64,000 nucleotides of DNA from Flavobacterium sp. (GCA_041303115.1 JBFYPW010000001.1:2335-66334), one strand, 5' to 3'; numbered from the stretch's first letter, positions 1 through 9,685 are shown. Numbers and translations are program-made. The notes: generated from the sequence alone by a model not told the origin.

Positions 1-587
1 TTATCTTTGTCTAAAACAACTTTTAATTCGCGAGTTCTTCCACCAATTTCTTTAGTAATGGCAACATCTTTTACTTTTTCAATTTCCGAGGTAACTTCTT
101 CCGCAATTTGACGAATTTCAAAATCATTTAATTTTTCGCTCCAAAGCGTTAATCCTAACATAGGTACATCGTCAATAGAACGTGTTTTTACCATAGGTTT
201 AAATACGCCTTTTGGAAATATATTTTCGTTTTTCATTAACTCATCGTATAATTTTACATATGAGCGTTCTGAATCTTCACCTACATAAAACTGAACAATT
301 ATCATAGCCTGACCGTTCATAGCCATACTATGTAAATGCTCTACTCCTTTTATGTTTGATAGTACTTTTTCTAATGGTTTAATGACACGACTTTCCACTT
401 CTGCCGGACTAGCTCCTGGATAGCCAATCATGACGTCTGCCATTGGAACATTAATTTGTGGTTCTTCTTCTCGAGGAATTAAGAATGAACTGTATACTCC
501 TATTATCATCAACCCCACCATTAATAAAATGGTTAATTTAGAATTGATGAAAAAATGAGCAATTTTACCTGATATACCTTCTTGCAT
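1..587 (-). CDS. Efflux RND transporter permease subunit (AcrB/AcrD/AcrF family), 5' part; truncated by the window edge
   Basis: Manual translation from ATG at 587: MQEGISGKIAHFFINSKLTILLMVGLMIIGVYSSFLIPREEEPQINVPMADVMIGYPGASPAEVESRV..., a typical RND N-terminus. It lies downstream of the MFP and TolC genes. Not in the ORF track. Confidence 0.9.
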   Translation of the reverse strand, partial: MQEGISGKIAHFFINSKLTILLMVGLMIIGVYSSFLIPREEEPQINVPMADVMIGYPGASPAEVESRVIKPLEKVLSNIKGVEHLHSMAMNGQAMIIVQFYVGEDSERSYVKLYDELMKNENIFPKGVFKPMVKTRSIDDVPMLGLTLWSEKLNDFEIRQIAEEVTSEIEKVKDVAITKEIGGRTRELKVVLDKD

Positions 588-636
588 TTTTTAGATTTTT
601 TAGATTGTTGGATCTTTAGATTTTTAATATTAAAAT

Positions 637-1719
637 CTAATTTATTGACACTTTAGCTCCGTTATACAATTTGCCTTCTGATGAAACAATATATTGCTCG
701 CTTGCCGATAAACCTGACAAAACCTCTACTTGGTTGTCATAAGTTTTACCTGTTCTTACCCATCTTAAAATAGCAGTTTTACCATTGGCAATCGTATAAA
801 TCCCTGTTAGTTGTCCTTGTTTTACTAAAGCACTTTCTGGAACCATTACTTTTTCTGATTTTACCGTAATTTCTGACTTTGTTGTATTAGAAATTGGAAA
901 TTGTACGTTTACAAACATCCCTGATAATATTGATTTATCATTTGAATTTAAAGTCACTTTCACTAAATATTGTCCACCCGTGTTTTTTGCTGAACCGCTG
1001 ACTTCAGAAACCTTTCCTGACACTTCTTTATTTAAAGATTTTACCATTATTTTTACAGGCATTCCGTTTGTAATTTTGGTAATATCACTTTCAGAAACCA
1101 TAGCAGTTACTTGCATTCTTGATGCGCCTTCTATGCTTACTAATGGCATTCCTGGATTTGCCATATCACCTTCTTTTATAAAAGTATTGGTAACTTCACC
1201 AGAAAATGGAGCGGTAATATTAGAGTACGAAAACTGCGCCATAACCTCATTTCGCATTTGTTTCGCACCAGCTAAACCTGCTTTTGCCATTTCGTAACGA
1301 GACGTCATATCGTCTAACTCTTTTTGAGAAGCACTTTGTTGTGCAAATAAATTGACAAAACGATCGTAATCTTTTTTTGCACTATTGTATCCAGCTGTAG
1401 CTTGTAAAATTGCTGCGTCTACTTGTGCTTTTTTGGCTTGTAAGTCAGAACTATTTATACTTACCAATAATTGTCCGGCAGCTACTTTTTGACCTGTTTT
1501 TACATGAACTTTGGTTACATAACCCATCATTCTTGTACTTAAATTAGCACTACTCTCTGCCTCAGTTTTTCCGCTTGCGGTAATAAATTCTGAGTTATTA
1601 GCAGCAGAACCGTTTACTACAACTTTAATAGCTGGTTCGTTATTGGTTACTTCTTTTGCTTCTTTTCCACAAGAAAATAATACTAAAGTGGAAAGGCTTA
1701 AAATAATTATTTTTTTCAT
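637..1719 (-). CDS. Efflux RND transporter periplasmic adaptor (membrane fusion protein), lipoprotein
   Basis: Lipobox LFSC, lipoyl-like halves (G.V..GQLL / I.APFSG.V), coiled coil; operon context. Confidence 0.92.
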   Translation of the reverse strand: MKKIIILSLSTLVLFSCGKEAKEVTNNEPAIKVVVNGSAANNSEFITASGKTEAESSANLSTRMMGYVTKVHVKTGQKVAAGQLLVSINSSDLQAKKAQVDAAILQATAGYNSAKKDYDRFVNLFAQQSASQKELDDMTSRYEMAKAGLAGAKQMRNEVMAQFSYSNITAPFSGEVTNTFIKEGDMANPGMPLVSIEGASRMQVTAMVSESDITKITNGMPVKIMVKSLNKEVSGKVSEVSGSAKNTGGQYLVKVTLNSNDKSILSGMFVNVQFPISNTTKSEITVKSEKVMVPESALVKQGQLTGIYTIANGKTAILRWVRTGKTYDNQVEVLSGLSASEQYIVSSEGKLYNGAKVSIN

Positions 1720-1761
1720 ATTTTAAAAATTGAGATTGATAATTGAAATTGCTATTGAAAT

Positions 1762-3075
1762 TTACTTCGTTAAAAACTGTAAATATTGTTTGGTGAAATT
1801 ATATTCAAAAACCGCTTGTAATTGCTCTAATTCTTTTTGAATCATTTGTGTTTCAGATTGCAATAAATCGGTAGTTTTTTCTAAACCTTGTGCAAATCTG
1901 TTTTGGCGAATTCTGTATACTTCTTGCGATTGTTCGAAAGCTAATTTCGACAAATTCACTTTGTTTTCTGCATCTATTAATTGGCGATTGGTTTTGTTTA
2001 ATTCTAATTGACTTTGTTTTGTATATTGTTCTTTTTCTACATCAGCTTTTTGAGATTCGGCTTTTGCTTTCTCATATTTTCCAATAGATTTATAACCATC
2101 AAAAACATTCCAAGATAACTGAGCACCAACCAAATAGCCTTTTGCTGAAGTTCCTAAAACAGTTGCATCGTACATTTCATAACTTCCAAAAGCGTTTAGT
2201 CTTGGTAAAAATGTCATTTTTGATGATTGTAACATTTTTGCATACGCTTCCGAAGATTTGTGCATCGCTTGAATGTCTTTTCTATTTTCCGATAAAGTAG
2301 TATTCATAGCTTCGATGGAAATTGTATTTTCTAACGCTTCAGATGGTTTATACACTTTTCCTTGCGTGTCTTCGTTTAATAAAAACCCTAAATAATCTGA
2401 AGCATTTTGCACGTTACTTTTTGCATATTGCAACTGATTGGCAATTTCATTTACACGAACTTGTACGTTTAACAAATCTGTTTTTTGCAACATACCTTGT
2501 TTGAAATAATTTTCTACTAATTTCAAATTGGCTTTTCCTGTTGTATTTGCTTTTTCTAAAACTTTAACGGCTTTATATGCTAATTGTAATTGCATATATG
2601 CTTTAGAAACTTCTAATTCTAAATATTCCTTAGTGCGTTCGGTTTGTAATTGAAACGCCTCCATTTTGGCTTTAGCGGCTTGTCTTCCATAAAAACCATC
2701 AACATTAATTAATGGTTGTTGAATTTCAAATTTCGTTGCAAAATTTTGTGTTTTTGCAGGATCGTTTAATAAAGCTGGATTAAAATCAGAAGCGGTTAAA
2801 ATTTCCTGGTTTAATTTAGAACCAAAAGCCATTAAAGGATTTGTAGTTGAAATTCCAGTATGTGAAACAGAAACATTTGGCAAAAAAACTGCTTTTGCCT
2901 GATTGTAATCTGCTTTTGCTGATTGATAGTTTTTTTCAGCAATTTTAACTTGTAAATTAGTTGAAGCTATTTTCTTAGAAATATCGTTTTTAGAAATGGA
3001 AAGCGTGTCTTGCGCCAATCCAAAAACAGAAAATAATACTGCTGAACTTAAAATAGTGTGTTTAAATTTTTTCAT
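1762..3075 (-). CDS. TolC family outer membrane efflux protein
   Basis: Signal peptide, two OEP-like repeats (FLPNVSVS, FLPRLNAFGSY...LSWNVFDG); operon context. Confidence 0.92.
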   Translation of the reverse strand: MKKFKHTILSSAVLFSVFGLAQDTLSISKNDISKKIASTNLQVKIAEKNYQSAKADYNQAKAVFLPNVSVSHTGISTTNPLMAFGSKLNQEILTASDFNPALLNDPAKTQNFATKFEIQQPLINVDGFYGRQAAKAKMEAFQLQTERTKEYLELEVSKAYMQLQLAYKAVKVLEKANTTGKANLKLVENYFKQGMLQKTDLLNVQVRVNEIANQLQYAKSNVQNASDYLGFLLNEDTQGKVYKPSEALENTISIEAMNTTLSENRKDIQAMHKSSEAYAKMLQSSKMTFLPRLNAFGSYEMYDATVLGTSAKGYLVGAQLSWNVFDGYKSIGKYEKAKAESQKADVEKEQYTKQSQLELNKTNRQLIDAENKVNLSKLAFEQSQEVYRIRQNRFAQGLEKTTDLLQSETQMIQKELEQLQAVFEYNFTKQYLQFLTK

Positions 3076-3096
3076 AATCCTAAATTAATTATGAGG

Positions 3097-3104
3097 CAAA
3101 TGTA
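3097..3104 (-). promoter_or_regulatory. Bacteroidota -7 promoter box (TACATTTG) of the TolC-MFP-RND operon
   Basis: Matches TAnnTTTG, about 20 nt upstream of the TolC ATG. Confidence 0.65.
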
Positions 3105-3126
3105 AACGCATTAAAAATAGTGTACA

Positions 3127-3140
3127 GTAACAAGTGTTAC
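3127..3140. promoter_or_regulatory. Palindromic operator GTAAC-N4-GTTAC, candidate Crp/Fnr-family site
   Basis: GTAACAAGTGTTAC fits the GTA-N8-TAC pattern of NtcA-type Crp-family sites and lies just upstream of the efflux promoter. Confidence 0.5.
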
Positions 3141-3250
3141 AAAGGTGGGATATTTTTAATTTCAATTTAATTATTCAAACTTGATTTGTTTTAATTATCA
3201 AAATATTTTATTATATTTGTAACCCTTGTGTAACGTTAATCCATTTGGTT

Positions 3251-4489
3251 ATGAATGAATATATGACTCTTTCGGAGACTTCTGAATATATTGGTAAAAG
3301 TAAAGAAACATTGCGACGATGGGATAAAGAAGGAAAACTTCTTGCCGTAAGAGAACCAATGAGCAATTATAGAGTTTATAGAAAATCTGAAATTGATACT
3401 TTATTTGCTGATTTCTTATATCAAGATATTCAGGAAACTGTTTCAAATTATGTTGAACCACATAATGATTACACTGTTTTAGAATTATTTGCTGGAGCTG
3501 GTGGTTTAGCTATTGGTATGGAAAAATCTGGTTTAAAATGTGTAGCCTTAAATGAAATTGATAAATGGGCTTGTCAAACATTAAGAAAAAACCGTCCTAA
3601 TTGGAATATTTTAGAAGGTGATATAAATGCTTTTAATTTTATCGAATATCACAATAAAGTTGATGTAGTAACGGGTGGTTTTCCTTGTCAAGCTTTTAGT
3701 TATGCAGGTAAGAAACTTGGCTTAGCTGATGCTAGAGGAACTTTGTTTTATGAGTTTGCTAGAGTTGTAAAAGAAGTAAATCCACCAATTTGTATTGGCG
3801 AAAATGTTAAAGGATTATTAAGTCATGAGAACGGAAAAACGTTGCAAGGCATGATTTCCATATTAGATGAAATTGGATATAATGTTGTTCCTGTTCAAGT
3901 ACTAAAAGCAATCAATTTCAACGTACCACAAAAAAGGGAAAGGTTAATTTTAGTTGGGATTAGAAAAGATATTGATATTAAATTTGAATATCCAAAACCT
4001 TATAAAAAAATTTATAATTTAAAAGACGCCTTAAAAAAAGGAGATTTATTTGATTGTGATGTTCCAAAATCGGAAGGTTCAAAATATCCAAAAAGTAAAA
4101 TTGATGTTTTAAAATTAGTTCCACAAAAAGGGTATTGGCGAGATTTGCCTTTAGACATTCAAAAGGAATTTATGGGCGGTAGTTTTTATCTTGGTGGAGG
4201 GAAAACTGGTATAGCAAGAAGAATTGGTTGGGACGAACCTTGTTTGACACTAACTTGCAGTCCCGCTCAAAAACAAACCGAAAGGTGTCACCCTGAAGAA
4301 ACAAGACCTTTCACTGTTCGTGAATACGCAAGAATTCAAACTTTTCCTGATGATTGGAAGTTTGAAGGCTCTATTGCACAACAATACAAACAAATTGGTA
4401 ACGCAGTTCCAGTCAACTTAGGAAAAGAAGTTGGTTATTCAATTATAAAATTTTTGAATAGTTATTATAATTTATCAAAACCTAAATAA
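3251..4489 (+). CDS. DNA (cytosine-5)-methyltransferase with N-terminal HTH, Eco47II/Sau96I-like
   Basis: C5-MTase motifs ELFAGAGG (I), GGFPCQAFS (IV), ENVKGL (VI), QKRERL (VIII), QIGNAVP (X). N-terminal MerR/excisionase-like HTH (ETLRRWDKEGKL). ATG 3251 preferred over TTG 3245. Confidence 0.93.
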   Translation: MNEYMTLSETSEYIGKSKETLRRWDKEGKLLAVREPMSNYRVYRKSEIDTLFADFLYQDIQETVSNYVEPHNDYTVLELFAGAGGLAIGMEKSGLKCVALNEIDKWACQTLRKNRPNWNILEGDINAFNFIEYHNKVDVVTGGFPCQAFSYAGKKLGLADARGTLFYEFARVVKEVNPPICIGENVKGLLSHENGKTLQGMISILDEIGYNVVPVQVLKAINFNVPQKRERLILVGIRKDIDIKFEYPKPYKKIYNLKDALKKGDLFDCDVPKSEGSKYPKSKIDVLKLVPQKGYWRDLPLDIQKEFMGGSFYLGGGKTGIARRIGWDEPCLTLTCSPAQKQTERCHPEETRPFTVREYARIQTFPDDWKFEGSIAQQYKQIGNAVPVNLGKEVGYSIIKFLNSYYNLSKPK

Positions 4490-5229
4490 TAACTGTAATT
4501 TTCAAAGGTTATTTGGTCTAAAATTGATCTTTTGGTAATTTTAGTTTGCTCCTTAATTTCATCTAATGCCGAATTTTCAATTCCAATTTCGGTTTTGTTT
4601 ATTGATTCCAGATAATCTTTGATTACTACAGGGAGGTTTTTATATAATTTATAAAGAGCATTTTCTTTTCCTGATACTAATGAGTAAAATTGATCCCCAG
4701 AAATTTTATAAACTCTGCTATGACTATATTCTTTTCCATTAATATCTCCTTTCCAAAGTTCACAAAAACTGTTTTTAGCTAAAATTTGAACCCAATAACA
4801 TTTAGAATTTTTATAATCATCTGCGTACCTTGAAAGTTTTTGAAATAATGCTTCAGCAGAACTACTATTCATAGTGTTATGTTTATTTTTTATATCAGCA
4901 AACAAAGAATTATTGGTTGCTTTTATATCAAAACCACTTAGCTTACCAATTTCAAAACCATATATACCTCCTAAAATTTGTTCGTGAAACGTTCCGATTG
5001 AATTATTTATAGACTTATCAATTTGCCTTAATATTTCAGCTTGAATTAGACTTTCTTCATCAATAACATTAAATTTTGCATCAAATGTTAACTTTATTGT
5101 ATCCACTTTATTTGAATAAAAATTCTTTTTTGTAATATTGTTTTTAGCCTTTAAATAGGCTTTATGAAGATTAGCAACACAATCTAAAAAGTGCTCATCT
5201 GATATAAAATCAACGTATTTATTTTTCAT
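4465..5229 (-). CDS. Type II restriction endonuclease, Eco47II family (probable GGNCC specificity)
   Basis: RQIDKSINNSIGTFHEQILG and FDI...ADIKNKHNTMNSSS (PD-D/ExK-like) motifs; convergent with the MTase, overlapping it by 25 bp. Confidence 0.82.
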   Translation of the reverse strand: MKNKYVDFISDEHFLDCVANLHKAYLKAKNNITKKNFYSNKVDTIKLTFDAKFNVIDEESLIQAEILRQIDKSINNSIGTFHEQILGGIYGFEIGKLSGFDIKATNNSLFADIKNKHNTMNSSSAEALFQKLSRYADDYKNSKCYWVQILAKNSFCELWKGDINGKEYSHSRVYKISGDQFYSLVSGKENALYKLYKNLPVVIKDYLESINKTEIGIENSALDEIKEQTKITKRSILDQITFENYSYYLGFDKL

Positions 5230-5276
5230 TTTGTTTCTCGTTTATTAACAAATTCCTAATTTAATATTATTCTTAC

Positions 5277-5903
5277 CTACAACAACTCAATATACGCCCT
5301 GTTCAATTTAATTTTTCCTTTGTTTTCTAAAGCTTTTAAAATTCGGGAAATTACAACTCTTGATGTATTTAAATCGTAAGCAATTTCTTGATGAGTATTG
5401 TGAATTTGATTGGAAGTATTTATTTTAGATTTTTCTAAAAGATAATTTAGTAATCGTTCATCCATATTCATAAATGCTAAATGATCAATTGTTGTTAACA
5501 TTTCTTTTAATCGCATATTATAGCTGTTAAATACAAAATTTCTCCAACTGGCATATTTGCCAAGCCACTCGTTCATTTTTGCTACAGGAATTAAAATTAG
5601 TTGTCCGTCCGTTTCTGCTATGGCGCGGATTTCACTTTTGGCATTTCCTATGCAACACTGCATAGACATGGCGCAAGTATCTCCTTTTTCTATAAAATAC
5701 AACAGCAGTTCCCCTTCATCAAAATCTTCACGTAAAATTTTAATGGCTCCAGTTAACATTAATGGCATATTTTTAATGTATTCATTAAAATCTATAATAA
5801 TATCGCCTTCTTTGAAATCGTGAATTTTAGAAACTTCTAAAATTTCGTTTATCAAACTTTCTTCAAAAATAAAATTATACGTGTTTTGGAGTGTGTTTTT
5901 CAT
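5277..5903 (-). CDS. Crp/Fnr family transcriptional regulator
   Basis: cNMP-binding-like domain and C-terminal HTH (THQEIAYDLNTSRVVISRILK). Likely start ATG 5903; the ORF-track extension to 6023 runs through a terminator. Confidence 0.9.
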   Translation of the reverse strand: MKNTLQNTYNFIFEESLINEILEVSKIHDFKEGDIIIDFNEYIKNMPLMLTGAIKILREDFDEGELLLYFIEKGDTCAMSMQCCIGNAKSEIRAIAETDGQLILIPVAKMNEWLGKYASWRNFVFNSYNMRLKEMLTTIDHLAFMNMDERLLNYLLEKSKINTSNQIHNTHQEIAYDLNTSRVVISRILKALENKGKIKLNRAYIELL

Positions 5904-5998
5904 TTTTAGGAAAATTAAAGTTTCCATTAGCGAATTTAGTAAATTCAACAACAAAAAGTGAAAAAATAAAAAAGATTTGAATGGAAAGTATATAAAAT

Positions 5999-6030
5999 AA
6001 AAAAGGCGAAAATTTCTTTTCACCCTTTTT
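5999..6030 (-). terminator. Intrinsic terminator downstream of purF and of the candidate sRNA
   Basis: Minus strand AAAAAGGGTGAAAA-GAAA-TTTTCGCCTTTTTT. Confidence 0.75.
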
Positions 6031-6072
6031 GCCCCAAATCTACCATAAAACTTAACCTACTAATTTTCTGGT
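5999..6072 (-). ncRNA. Candidate small RNA (~75 nt) in the purF 3' region
   Basis: TTTG-N21-TACTTTTA promoter-like pair (6109-6077), G/U-rich body, terminator. Confidence 0.4.
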
Positions 6073-6151
6073 GATGTAAAAGTATACTAAGATATTTTAC
6101 AAAAACAAAATAATTGTTGTATAGCTAATATTCTCGATGAAATGCACTTTT

Positions 6152-8050
6152 TTAGTAAGCACGTGATCCATTACCTTCATAAAAATTAATAAAAGCGGTA
6201 TTTACAACTCGGTTTCCTCCAGGTGTTGGATAGTTTCCAGTGAAGTACCAATCGCCTAAATTTTTAGGACACGCTTTATGTAAATCTTCTACTTTTTGGA
6301 AAATGATTTTCACTTTTGCTTTCACTTCTTTTGAAGTTAGCATTTCTGCCATTTTATCTGAAATTTGCTCATCTGTAAACGGATTGTAAATTTCTTTTAC
6401 ATGATTTACAACTTCTGTATCTTTTAACCCTTGTTGTGCTTTACATTTTTTATAAACGTCTTCTACAATTTGATATTGATTGGTTTCTTTTAAAAGTTCT
6501 AATGCCGCTTTAAAAGCGATGAAACCTTCTAAAGTACTCATATCAATTCCGTAACAATCAGGATATCTAATTTGAGGAGCAGACGAAACTACTACAATTT
6601 TCTTAGGATGTAATCGGTCTAAAATTTTAATGATACTTTGTTTTAATGTTGTACCTCTAACAATACTATCATCAATAATTACTAAATTATCTGTTGGTTT
6701 TACTACGCCGTATGTAATGTCGTAAACGTGTGCTACCATTTCGTCTCTACTACTGTCCTCCGTAATAAAAGTACGAAGTTTTACATCTTTAATAGCTATT
6801 TTTTCGGTACGAACTTTTTCGGCTAAAATTTCGTTTAACCCTTTTTCATCTAAAGTGTCTTTTTGCGCAATAATGTCTTTAACCTTTTGTTCATCTAAGA
6901 ATTTTTGAGCCGCTTCAGCCATTCCATAAAAAGAAGTTTCTGCTGTATTTGGAATAAATGAGAATACTGAATTATGAATGTCATTCTCAATTTCTTTTAA
7001 AACGCTTGGAAAAACATATTTTCCTAATAATTTTCTTTCTTGATATATTTCGGCATCACTTCCGCGAGAAAAATAAATTCTTTCAAAAGAACAGGCTTTT
7101 TTATGTACACATTCTCTAATGTTTTCGAAAATGACATTCCCGTTTTTCTTAACAATAATGGCATCACCCGCTTCTAATTCTTTCACGTTTTCGAAGGCAA
7201 CATTAAAAACCGTTTGAATAACTGGGCGCTCTGAAGCTACCACCACAATTTCGTCATCTTGGTAATAATAAGCTGGACGTATTCCGTTTGGATCTCTAAC
7301 CACAAAAGCATCTCCATGACCTAAAAGTCCGGCCATAGCGTACCCACCATCGAAATTTTTAGAGGCTCTTTTTAAAATTCTTCCTATATTTAATCGCTCT
7401 GCAATAACTGGCGAAGCTTCTAATTTTGTAAGTCCTTCGTTTTTACAATCTAAATACAATTGTGTAATTTCATCATCTAAAAAATGACCGATTTTTTCCA
7501 TTACGGTTACCGTATCTGCCATTAATTTTGGATGTTGACCAACATCAACTAAATCTTGGAATAACTCTTTAACATTGGTCATGTTAAAGTTTCCAGCAAC
7601 TAGTAAGTTTCTGTGCATCCAATTGTTTTGACGTAAAAAAGGGTGAACGCTTTCTATACTGTTTTTCCCGAAAGTTCCATATCGTACGTGACCTAAAAAT
7701 AATTCGCCTACATAAGGAATGTTTTCTTTTTGCAACGCTACATTATTTTGATACGTCGGATTTTTAGCTAATTCCTCAGAAATTCTGGAATTAATTTGTC
7801 CGAAAATATCCTGAATAGGTTGTGATTGATTAGAACGAATTCTGCTTATATATCTTTGACCGGGTTTTACGTCTAATTTAATACTGGCAAAACCGGCACC
7901 ATCTTGTCCGCGATTGTGTTGTTTTTCCATTAAAAGGTACATTTTTTCTACCCCGTAAAAAGCCGTACCATATTTTTCTCTATAGTATTCTAATGGTTTT
8001 AAAAGTCTAAGTAAGGCAATTCCACATTCGTGTTTAATAGCGTCGCTCAT
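6152..8050 (-). CDS. purF: Amidophosphoribosyltransferase
   Basis: N-terminal HECG Ntn nucleophile, RGQDGAG, GHVRY, CSFERIYF, IIDDSIVRGTT PRPP motif, YGIDM. Confidence 0.95.
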   Translation of the reverse strand: MSDAIKHECGIALLRLLKPLEYYREKYGTAFYGVEKMYLLMEKQHNRGQDGAGFASIKLDVKPGQRYISRIRSNQSQPIQDIFGQINSRISEELAKNPTYQNNVALQKENIPYVGELFLGHVRYGTFGKNSIESVHPFLRQNNWMHRNLLVAGNFNMTNVKELFQDLVDVGQHPKLMADTVTVMEKIGHFLDDEITQLYLDCKNEGLTKLEASPVIAERLNIGRILKRASKNFDGGYAMAGLLGHGDAFVVRDPNGIRPAYYYQDDEIVVVASERPVIQTVFNVAFENVKELEAGDAIIVKKNGNVIFENIRECVHKKACSFERIYFSRGSDAEIYQERKLLGKYVFPSVLKEIENDIHNSVFSFIPNTAETSFYGMAEAAQKFLDEQKVKDIIAQKDTLDEKGLNEILAEKVRTEKIAIKDVKLRTFITEDSSRDEMVAHVYDITYGVVKPTDNLVIIDDSIVRGTTLKQSIIKILDRLHPKKIVVVSSAPQIRYPDCYGIDMSTLEGFIAFKAALELLKETNQYQIVEDVYKKCKAQQGLKDTEVVNHVKEIYNPFTDEQISDKMAEMLTSKEVKAKVKIIFQKVEDLHKACPKNLGDWYFTGNYPTPGGNRVVNTAFINFYEGNGSRAY

Positions 8051-8082
8051 AGTTGTTGTTGTGTTGTATTATTTATTGTATT

Positions 8083-8108
8083 AAAAATGCCCCGAAATTT
8101 CGAGGCAT
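8083..8108 (-). terminator. Terminator-like hairpin between the PfkB kinase gene and purF
   Basis: Minus strand ATGCCTCGAAATTTCGGGGCATTTTT. Confidence 0.6.
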
Positions 8109-8117
8109 AGTTTGGTC

Positions 8118-9041
8118 TTATAATTTGATGTCAAATTGTGTTAACGATTTAAATTGCTGTAAACGTGCGTAAACGTCCTCTTTGTTTAAATCTACCATTC
8201 TTTCCGTTCCGAATTTTTCTACACAAAATGATGCTAAATTTGAGCCGTGAATAATGGCGTTTTTCATATTTTCAAAAGAAATATCTTCAGATTGAGCAAT
8301 ATATCCAGAAAATCCTCCTGCAAACGTGTCTCCTGCACCTGTTGGGTCAAAAACTTCTTCTAACGGCAATGCTGGCGCAAAGAAAACATCTTTATTATGG
8401 AAAATTAATGCCCCGTGTTCTCCTTTTTTAATGACTACATATTTAGGTCCCATGGTGTGAATTTTTGCTGCCGCTTTTACTAAAGAATATTCTCCAGATA
8501 ATTGACGCGCTTCTTCATCGTTAATGGTAATTACATCTACACGTTTTATTACCTCTAATAATTCAGGTAACGCACAATCCATCCAAAAATTCATCGTATC
8601 TAAAACTACTAATTTTGGTGGAGTTGTCATTTGATTTAAAACGGATGATTGCACAATTGGATGTAAATTTCCTAACATCACCACCGATGCATCTTTATAT
8701 GCTTGAGGCACCACAGGATTAAAATCCGCTAATACATTTAACTCCGTAGCTAAAGTATCACGAGAATTCATATCGTTATGGTATTTTCCACTCCAAAAGA
8801 AGGTTTTTCCGCCTTTTACAATTTCAATTCCTTCGATGTTTATATTTCTTTCTGATAATAAATCTAAATGTTCTTGTGGAAAATCTTCACCTACAACAGA
8901 TACTATTGCCGAATCCAGCTTAAAAAATGATGCGGATAAGCCAATATAAGTAGCCGCACCTCCTAAAATTTTATCTGTTTTTCCAAAAGGGGTTTCAATA
9001 GCATCAAAAGCTACAGTTCCTACAATTAATAATTTACTCAT
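8118..9041 (-). CDS. PfkB/ribokinase family carbohydrate or nucleoside kinase
   Basis: GGAA motif, NDEEA, DPTGAGDTFAGGF signature. Confidence 0.92.
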   Translation of the reverse strand: MSKLLIVGTVAFDAIETPFGKTDKILGGAATYIGLSASFFKLDSAIVSVVGEDFPQEHLDLLSERNINIEGIEIVKGGKTFFWSGKYHNDMNSRDTLATELNVLADFNPVVPQAYKDASVVMLGNLHPIVQSSVLNQMTTPPKLVVLDTMNFWMDCALPELLEVIKRVDVITINDEEARQLSGEYSLVKAAAKIHTMGPKYVVIKKGEHGALIFHNKDVFFAPALPLEEVFDPTGAGDTFAGGFSGYIAQSEDISFENMKNAIIHGSNLASFCVEKFGTERMVDLNKEDVYARLQQFKSLTQFDIKL

Positions 9042-9208
9042 TTACTTTGATTTTAATAAGCGGCAAAGATAGTTATTCCGTTTGAAGTTTAAAAATGTAG
9101 GACTAATTTTAGTTATAAAAAAATTTGAAGCAAAAGAAACCTATTGATACTATTGTAAAAGTTATTTTTTATAGTAATTTTGAATAGATATTTACTTACT
9201 ATTTTTCA

Positions 9209-9685
9209 TTGGAAGCACCAAAAACCTCACTTACTACAAAAGAAATTATCAGCAAATTAGAGTATTACTGCTCTTACCAAGATCGTTGTCATAAAGAAGT
9301 GGAACAAAAATTACGGAATTTTGCCTTACTTCCGGAACTAAAGGAACAAGTTATTGTACATCTTATCGAAAATAAATATATTGATGAAGAACGATTTGCT
9401 AAAAGTTTCGCAAGAGGAAAACACAACTATAAAGGTTGGGGTAAAAATAGAATTGTTCAAGAATTAAAATTTAGAGAAATATCTAAAAGAAACATCGATT
9501 TAGCTTTGTTTGAACTCCCAAACGAAGTTTATTTAGCTAATTTTCATCAATTGGCAGAAAAAAATTGGAACGGAATTAAAGAACGAAAAGGACAAAAGAA
9601 AAATAAAAAATTTGTAGATTTCTTACTCCGAAAAGGATACGAAACCAATTTAATTTTTGAAAAACTTAAACAATTAGACAAGTAG
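9209..9685 (+). CDS. recX: Regulatory protein RecX
   Basis: YCSYQDRC..EV.QKL, YIDEERFA, WGKNRI.QEL, FLLRKGY. Confidence 0.9.
   Translation: MEAPKTSLTTKEIISKLEYYCSYQDRCHKEVEQKLRNFALLPELKEQVIVHLIENKYIDEERFAKSFARGKHNYKGWGKNRIVQELKFREISKRNIDLALFELPNEVYLANFHQLAEKNWNGIKERKGQKKNKKFVDFLLRKGYETNLIFEKLKQLDK

Noticed and set aside
5904-6023. N-terminal extension of the Crp/Fnr ORF from 6023
   Set aside because: Low-complexity F/L-rich translation running through a terminator and promoter region; ATG 5903 gives a normal-length protein
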